From NCBI GenBank assembly GCA_963745035.1, contig CAVUVW010000013.1, positions 1,152,001 to 1,216,000 on the forward strand: a stretch of DNA of 64,000 nt. The letters run 5' to 3'. This DNA comes from an uncultured delta proteobacterium (GTDB taxonomy: Bacteria > Desulfobacterota > Binatia > UBA9968). Below the pieces are notes generated by a model. That model was not told where the DNA came from and searched no databases. It saw nothing but the letters and a program-made list of their open reading frames with translations. A program made the translations under genes and the position numbers. Positions 58,022 to 64,000 of the stretch are shown piece by piece (position 1 is the stretch's first letter; the number at the start of each line of letters is the position of its first letter).

Positions 58022-59081
58022 TTAGATCTTCGGCGCCACCTGTTCCATAAATCGCCGCAACGTGGCGCGCGTCGGCGCGTCGGGCAAGCTGCCCAATGCA
58101 AAGTTTCCCGCCAAGTCGGTCAAGTACAAACTCTCACGCACGTGCGCGACTTTGTCGCAGCACTTCCGCTGCGTCACCGACAAGCACGCGGTTCTGCTCG
58201 ACCAGATCGTTGAACGTGAGCTTGCGCATCTTGGCGCGATGCTCGTCGTGAGTCCGGTAGGACTCCGGCTCGGGAATGCCCTGGGTCAAATTGCGCGCTT
58301 CGGCCGCCGCGGCGTGATACGCCGCTAGCGCCGGCTCCGCGGTCGCGCGAGCCTCCGTGGAATTTTCACCGACGTAGATGTGATACATCGCGATAACCCG
58401 CGCCGTTGAAGGATCATGGCCCGCCGCGCTCCGCGCGCTCAGGTAAATCTCGACCATCGAGCGCAGCTCGTCGAGCTCGTGCAGAAAAGGAATGAGCATC
58501 AGGTGGAAGCCGCTGCGTCCGGCGAACTCGAATGATTCCGTGGTCGAAGTGGCTCCCATCCAAATAGTCGGAAAGGGCCGCTGCACAGGACGAGGGAGAA
58601 CTTCCACATTCTCGTAGCGGTAGAATTTTCTCTCGTGGCTAAACTTGCCACCGCTCCAGGCCTTGAGAATGATCGATAGATTTTCTTGGAATCGCTCGCG
58701 CAACTCTTCGAGCGGCGCGCCGAAGGTAAGCGACTCCCATTTGATAAAGCCGTGGCCGATGCCGAATTCGAGACGTCCGCCGCTCAAGCAGTCGAGGGTC
58801 GCGTAGTCTTCCGCGATGCGCAGCGGATTATGATAGGGCAGCAACGTCACCGCCGTGCCGATGCGGATCTTGGTGGTTCGCTGCGCGATCGCAGCGCCGA
58901 TCACAGGCGGGCTCGAAAGAAAGCCGCCGAAGGAATGAAAATGATGTTCGGCGAGCCAAATTGAGTCGAAGCCCAATTCTTCGGCATAACCGGCTTGGTC
59001 GACAATCGAGTGGAGTCGGTCGGCGCTGTTCGCATAATCCGCCGGAGTTAGCGACGGCAGAAAAAATATTCCGTAGCGCAT
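58022..59081 (-). CDS. LLM-class flavin-dependent oxidoreductase, 3' frameshift
   Basis: WLAEHHF; PLRIAEDYATLD.LS.GRL; true end RRFMEQVAPKI* in shifted frame near 58160. Confidence 0.9.
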
Positions 59082-59094
59082 TTAAAGAAAATCC

Positions 59095-59123
59095 GTAGAG
59101 GCGGGTTTCAAACCCGCCCCTAC
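59095..59123. repeat. GTAG-type REP palindrome
   Basis: gtagaggcgggtttcaaacccgcccctac. Confidence 0.8.
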
Positions 59124-59144
59124 AGGGCCTTCGCACCAACCTAC

Positions 59145-59864
59145 CTATTCAGATTTTCCTTCCACCAAATGCCGACTGAAAAATTCCGTGGCCTTCGGCC
59201 ACGACAGCGCGGCGGCGTGCGGGCGATAATTTGCAGAGCCGGTATTGCAGAAGGCATGGGCCGCGCCAGAATAAGTATGAAACTCGTGTATCTTTCCATG
59301 ACGGTTGAGCTCCGCGTCGAGCTTGCGCATGTCGTCAGGTGACGGATTTTGATCGTCGGCGCCGAAATGCCCCTGAATCGGACAGCCGATCTCGCGCGTG
59401 CGATCGAACGGCGATGGCCCTTCGCCGAACGGCACCATGGTACCGCTGCCGTAAAACATCACGCCGGCGCTCAGATCCTTGCTCGCCGCAGACATCAGAT
59501 AAACGGTCCGCCCGCCCATGCAAAAGCCGACGATGCCCACCTTTCCGCCGTTCACCCGTGGATGATTCTTCAGAAAACCGATGGCGCCCTGGACGTCGGC
59601 AATGATTCCCGGATCGCGCAGACGGGCCTTGCGCGTCGGGTTGTCGTCCTTACAGTCGGGTCCGTCGCGATGGTAGAGGTTCGGAGCGACCGCGACGTAG
59701 CCTTGGAGCGCCAGCATGTGGGTCGTGTCTTTGATGAAATTTTCCAGGCCCGACTGTCCGTGCGCGACCACGATGCCGGGCACCGGCCCGCCGCTCTCCG
59801 GCACGCTCACGTACATCGGCATGTCGCTGCCACCGACCTTCACGTTCTGCCAAGAGCTCGCCAT
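59145..59864 (-). CDS. Dienelactone hydrolase family protein
   Basis: GFCMGG; FG.DD; Y.GAAHAF. Confidence 0.92.
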   Translation of the reverse strand: MASSWQNVKVGGSDMPMYVSVPESGGPVPGIVVAHGQSGLENFIKDTTHMLALQGYVAVAPNLYHRDGPDCKDDNPTRKARLRDPGIIADVQGAIGFLKNHPRVNGGKVGIVGFCMGGRTVYLMSAASKDLSAGVMFYGSGTMVPFGEGPSPFDRTREIGCPIQGHFGADDQNPSPDDMRKLDAELNRHGKIHEFHTYSGAAHAFCNTGSANYRPHAAALSWPKATEFFSRHLVEGKSE

Positions 59865-60004
59865 GATCGACCTCCCAAGTTTCGCGAATAGGTGCCGCTA
59901 CATAAACACAGCCCTTCGTAGCCGGTCAAGGATCAGAGGCAACTTCCGCGTTTGACCTGATCTCACCCATCGCTATATATTCCGAGTTAGACGATGAGCT
60001 CTCG

Positions 60005-60039
60005 AATCAATCCAAAATCGAAAATCGAAGATCCAAAAT
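60005..60039. repeat. 7-mer tandem array (CCAAAAT/CGAAAAT), single arm
   Basis: aatcaatccaaaatcgaaaatcgaagatccaaaat. Confidence 0.7.
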
Positions 60040-60045
60040 ACCAAG

Positions 60046-61326
60046 ATGTTGTCCCAAGAAGACAATGATCTCCTGACCCGCACCGGCCCCGGCACTCCGG
60101 GCGGCAACATGCTGCGGCGTTACTGGCAGCCGGTGGCGCTGGTCGAAGAGCTACCCGCCAATAGCGCGCCGTTGCCGGTACGCATCATGGGCGAAGACTT
60201 GGTGCTGTTTCGCGACGAACGAGGACAAATTGGCCTGCTTGGCCTGCATTGCTCGCACCGCCGCGCTGACTTGAGTTACGGCCGCGTCGAGAACGGTGGC
60301 TTACGCTGTCTCTATCACGGCTGGCTCTACGATCGGCGCGGCAACTGCCTCGAGCAGCCGTGCGAGCCGCCGACCAAAAGATTTTGCGAGAAGGTTCATC
60401 ACCCGGCCTATCCCTGCCAGGAGCGCGCCGGCATCATCTTCGCGTATATGGGACCGGGCGAGCCGCCGCTCTTTCCCGCCTACGAGCCGTTCCTCGCCCC
60501 GCAGGGCCACCTGCTTGTGACCAAGATTTTTCACGAGTGCAATTATTTTCAAGCCAACGAGGGCAATCTCGACCCGAGCCACGTCTCCTACCTTCATCGC
60601 CAGGGAAACGTGCCGGACAATCTCAAGCGGCCGGTGCCGGGCGCCGACGGCAAGCTCCCGCTCGCCCTCTACGACGCCGATGGGGCGCCGGAGATCGAGC
60701 CAGAAGAAACCGATTACGGCGTGCGGATTATTTCCATCCGCAAGACCGACCAAGGCCGCACGTTTTTTCGCGTGACCAATTTCGTGCTGCCCAACATGGC
60801 GACCATTCCCGGCCCCATGTCCGGCGACGGCTATAATCTTTACTGCCATGTGCCCATCGACGACACGCACCACTGGCGCTACGACATCGTGTTTCGCCGC
60901 AGCGCGCCCATGGAAGAAAAAGATATTGCAAGAAACCAGGAAATCCTCGACGAGCTGACGCCCGATTATCGTCCCAAGCGGAACAAGGCCAACCGCTACT
61001 TGCAGGATCGCGAGGCGATGAAGAGCTGGAGCTTTTCCGGCATGGGGCGGATCTTCAACGTGCAGGACACCGCCATCGTCGAAGGCAGCGGACCGATAGT
61101 CGACCGCACAAAAGAGTTTCTCGGTCCGAGCGACCGGGCGATCATCGCCGCCCGGCGCCAGGTGCTGCGCGCCATCCGCGAAGTCGAAGCCGGACGAGAG
61201 GCGCCGAACACGCTGCGCGACGAATCGGCAAACCATTTTCCGCACCTCACCGTGGTTTCCGAAGTGCTCACCGACGGAACGGACTGGCAGACGCACTGGA
61301 GAGACAAGCTCGCGGCCATGCGCTAG
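60046..61326 (+). CDS. Rieske non-heme iron oxygenase (phthalate 4,5-dioxygenase/LigX-like)
   Basis: GPGTPGG.MLRRYW; CSHR..CLYHGW; EGNLDPSHVSYLH; QD. Confidence 0.92.
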   Translation: MLSQEDNDLLTRTGPGTPGGNMLRRYWQPVALVEELPANSAPLPVRIMGEDLVLFRDERGQIGLLGLHCSHRRADLSYGRVENGGLRCLYHGWLYDRRGNCLEQPCEPPTKRFCEKVHHPAYPCQERAGIIFAYMGPGEPPLFPAYEPFLAPQGHLLVTKIFHECNYFQANEGNLDPSHVSYLHRQGNVPDNLKRPVPGADGKLPLALYDADGAPEIEPEETDYGVRIISIRKTDQGRTFFRVTNFVLPNMATIPGPMSGDGYNLYCHVPIDDTHHWRYDIVFRRSAPMEEKDIARNQEILDELTPDYRPKRNKANRYLQDREAMKSWSFSGMGRIFNVQDTAIVEGSGPIVDRTKEFLGPSDRAIIAARRQVLRAIREVEAGREAPNTLRDESANHFPHLTVVSEVLTDGTDWQTHWRDKLAAMR

Positions 61327-61433
61327 CGCGCCGCGCGCGGCGGTCTTCTTTTACCCGCATCACGGTTCCTGCAAAGCTTGCGGCCGGAGTCGCCCCGGGC
61401 AATCTCATTCCTTGTGGGGATTTCGCTCACGCT

Positions 61434-61772
61434 CTACTTCCGCCGCGCCGCGAAAAGTTTTTCGAACTCCCCGCCGTCGAGCCAGATGCCGTGGCAATCC
61501 GCGCACGCATCCAAGATCACCGAGCGCTCGATCCCGCTATAAACCCGCAGCAGCTCCGAGTCGTCGCGCGGACAGCGCCCTTTCGTGCCATCCGCCTCGT
61601 CGCTATCGCTGCCGCGCCGCAGCGACGCCACCCGGCGTGCATCTTCGGACAAAAGCTCGCTCAACTCCTGCCGATCGAACCAGATTCCCGCGCAAGCGGG
61701 ACAGCGATCGACAACGACACTATCGACGGCGTAGTCCCCGAGCTCTGCGGTTTTGCATTTCGGACATTTCAT
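61434..61772 (-). CDS. zf-TFIIB-like double zinc-ribbon protein
   Basis: CPKC..CPAC.GIWFD.QEL and CPRD..CADC.GIWLDGGE. Confidence 0.85.
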   Translation of the reverse strand: MKCPKCKTAELGDYAVDSVVVDRCPACAGIWFDRQELSELLSEDARRVASLRRGSDSDEADGTKGRCPRDDSELLRVYSGIERSVILDACADCHGIWLDGGEFEKLFAARRK

Positions 61773-61942
61773 CGTGGAACTCTCATTCGTCGTTTTCTTG
61801 GAGTCAAGCTAAAGCAATCGCGCGGCCGCCGCAATACGTTTTTCCCGAATGGAGTCGCAAGCACTGGCCGCGCCGCTCCGAAAACGCGACGACCGCCGAT
61901 GATATTGTATCCAATCACGATGCAGTGTATTCGGATGAGCTA

Positions 61943-63454
61943 ATGCCGCTCAAATTTCATTCGTTACTGGCGAAGAAACCGGCCGCCATGCTGCTTGGGG
62001 AAGCAGACCCGGCGCATGGGCTGCGTCCGGTGCTTGGCCCGCTGCAACTCACCAGCCTGGGAGTGGGCGCGATTATCGGCGCGGGAATTTTCGTGATTAT
62101 CGGCATCGTCGCCAGAGACAAGGCGGGCGCGGCGACGATGCTTTCCTTCGTCGTCGCCGGCACGGCCTGCGCCTTTGCCGCCTTGTGCTACGCGGAGTTT
62201 GCCTCGATGGTGCCCGTGGCCGGCTCGGCGTACACCTACGCCTACGCGACGTTGGGCGAATTACTTGCCTGGATCATCGGCTGGGACCTGTTGCTCGAAT
62301 ACGGCGTCGGCGCGGCCAGCGTGGCGCACGGCTGGTCGCACTACTTCACGGACTTTCTCGCTCTGCTCGGGTTTCATTTACCCGCGGCCTTGACCAATGC
62401 GCCGTTCGACTACGATCCGGCCATCGGCAAGCTCGTGGCGACCGGCGCGGTCATCGACTTACCGGCGCTGCTGATCGCCGCTGTGATCACCGCGGTCCTG
62501 GTCGCGGGCATTCGCGAGAGCGCGGCATGCACGTTTATCATGGTCGTGGTCAAACTTGCGGTCGTCTTTCTGGTCATTGCGATCGGCGCGTTTTTTATCG
62601 ATCCCGCGAACTGGCGGCCGTTCGCTCCGTACGGTTATTCCGGCGTCGGCTTTTTCGGAACGACGATTGCGGGACAGCAGGGGGCCGCCGGCGAGCCGCT
62701 TGGCATGATGGCCGGCGCGGCGATCGTGTTTTACGCCTACATCGGCTTCGATTCGGTCTCGACCCACGCCGAAGAGGCGCGCCATCCGAGCCGCGACGTG
62801 CCCATCGGCATCATCGCCTCGCTCGCGCTCTGCACGGTACTGTACATCGCCGTCGCGGCGGTGTTGACCGGCATGGTGCCCTATCAGGAAATCGCCGTCG
62901 ACGCGCCGCTGGCCAAGGCGTTCAGCCGGGTCGGAATGCCGTGGGCGCACGGGCTCATCTCGTTCGGTGCGCTGACCGGCATCACCTCGGTCCTGATGGT
63001 GCTGATGCTCAGCCAGCCGCGGATCATGCTCGCCATGGCGCGCGACGGACTCCTGCCGGTGCGCTTCTTCGGCGCGATTCATCCGCGCTTTCGCACGCCC
63101 TGGAAATCGACGATCTTGACCGGCACGGTGGTCGGTTTGATGGGCGCATTGCTGCCGCTCCGCGTGCTCGCCGAGCTGGTCAACATCGGCACTCTACTCG
63201 CGTTCGTGATCGTCTGCGCCGCCGTACTGATCATGCGGCGCATCAATCCCGACCTTCCCCGGCCCTTCCGCTGCCCGCTCGTCCCTTTGATCCCGCTTCT
63301 CGGCATCGCCTTCTGCTTCCTGCTGATGTTTTCCCTGCCGGTCGACAACTGGTTGCGGCTGATCATCTGGCTGCTGATCGGTTTCGCCGTGTATTACTTT
63401 TACGGCAGGCATCACAGCGTGTTGCGACGCGCGACGGATACATCGGCCGATTAG
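61943..63454 (+). CDS. APC family amino acid permease (CAT-like)
   Basis: GAIIGAGIF; CYAEFAS; GSAYTY; YIGFD; LVNIGTL. Confidence 0.93.
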   Translation: MPLKFHSLLAKKPAAMLLGEADPAHGLRPVLGPLQLTSLGVGAIIGAGIFVIIGIVARDKAGAATMLSFVVAGTACAFAALCYAEFASMVPVAGSAYTYAYATLGELLAWIIGWDLLLEYGVGAASVAHGWSHYFTDFLALLGFHLPAALTNAPFDYDPAIGKLVATGAVIDLPALLIAAVITAVLVAGIRESAACTFIMVVVKLAVVFLVIAIGAFFIDPANWRPFAPYGYSGVGFFGTTIAGQQGAAGEPLGMMAGAAIVFYAYIGFDSVSTHAEEARHPSRDVPIGIIASLALCTVLYIAVAAVLTGMVPYQEIAVDAPLAKAFSRVGMPWAHGLISFGALTGITSVLMVLMLSQPRIMLAMARDGLLPVRFFGAIHPRFRTPWKSTILTGTVVGLMGALLPLRVLAELVNIGTLLAFVIVCAAVLIMRRINPDLPRPFRCPLVPLIPLLGIAFCFLLMFSLPVDNWLRLIIWLLIGFAVYYFYGRHHSVLRRATDTSAD

Positions 63455-63643
63455 TATCGCCTGCGCGCCGCCGCCAGATCGGCCAACACTTTCAATCAAC
63501 TACGAAAATCAAAACCGCGGGTTGTAGCCTGACTACCTGTAATCACATGATGACGGCCTTTATCGTAAGCGTTGTCATCTTCCACGCTGACAGATTCACG
63601 TGGCTACTAAATTTTATATGAGGGTAGCAATCTGCGGTGTCGG

Positions 63644-63667
63644 CGATGTAACCGCGAGGTTACATCG
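63644..63667. other. Perfect hairpin between convergent genes
   Basis: cgatgtaacc-gcga-ggttacatcg; no U-tract. Confidence 0.5.
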
Positions 63668-63788
63668 TGTCTCCATTTTATACTCACTCGCCCGACGTAT
63701 TCGGCGCGCGTTGAACGGCATAGACCGAATGCAACGCTCTAATCTCGGCCAAACGTCGATCCTGGCGTTTACGAGCGGTGCGCTGGAT

Positions 63789-64000
63789 TTACCGCCGGTA
63801 TATTTTTTCCGCTTGCTGCTTGGAGACGTAACCGAGCGCTACGTCCCGCTCGACAGCGGCACTTTCACGCTCAGCTGGATGGCCGTAGCCGCCGCCGCCT
63901 GCGGTGAGAAAGGTGACGACTTCACCGCGCTGGACGAGGAAATGGCTGAACTTCCCCGGAAGTTTTTCTCGTTGCCCGTTGCGCTCGATGATCGTCTCAT
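63789..64000 (-). CDS. 3' end of hydantoinase B/oxoprolinase family protein (truncated by window edge)
   Basis: TAGGGGYGHPAER..VERDV..GYVS...A..IY. Confidence 0.85.
   Translation of the reverse strand, partial: ETIIERNGQREKLPGKFSHFLVQRGEVVTFLTAGGGGYGHPAERESAAVERDVALGYVSKQQAEKIYRR

Noticed and set aside
61412-61942. N-terminal extension of the amino acid permease
   Set aside because: It overlaps the opposite-strand zinc-ribbon gene and has no permease-like character.

Overview
GC-rich bacterial chromosomal window. The gene content (many orphan NMT1/SsuA-type and TctC solute-binding proteins, CoA-transferases, Rieske oxygenase, LLM oxidoreductase, cupin) resembles Candidatus Binatota or related deltaproteobacteria; this is inference, not a phylogenetic test. 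There are about 60 CDSs, mostly catabolic, redox and transport genes. I found no rRNA, tRNA, CRISPR array or transposase. About 11 genes are broken by 1-bp indels, which suggests unpolished long-read errors. Highlights the ORF track misses or splits: (1) a UxxC glutaredoxin selenoprotein with an in-frame UGA and a SECIS-like hairpin (31749-31982); (2) intergenic inverted 7-9-mer tandem-repeat arms, one pair enclosing a four-helix-bundle (23S-IVS-type) gene and others empty; (3) a cluster with three heme-oxygenase-like diiron (PqqC/CADD/TenA-fold) proteins plus a cupin, a decarboxylase-like protein, two SBPs and an aldolase; (4) a secreted beta/gamma-crystallin-like ORF with an internal TAG; (5) a sigma54 promoter ahead of a porin-like gene and a lipoprotein with duplicated active/inactive hydrolase-like domains; (6) composite REP/MITE-like repeats.
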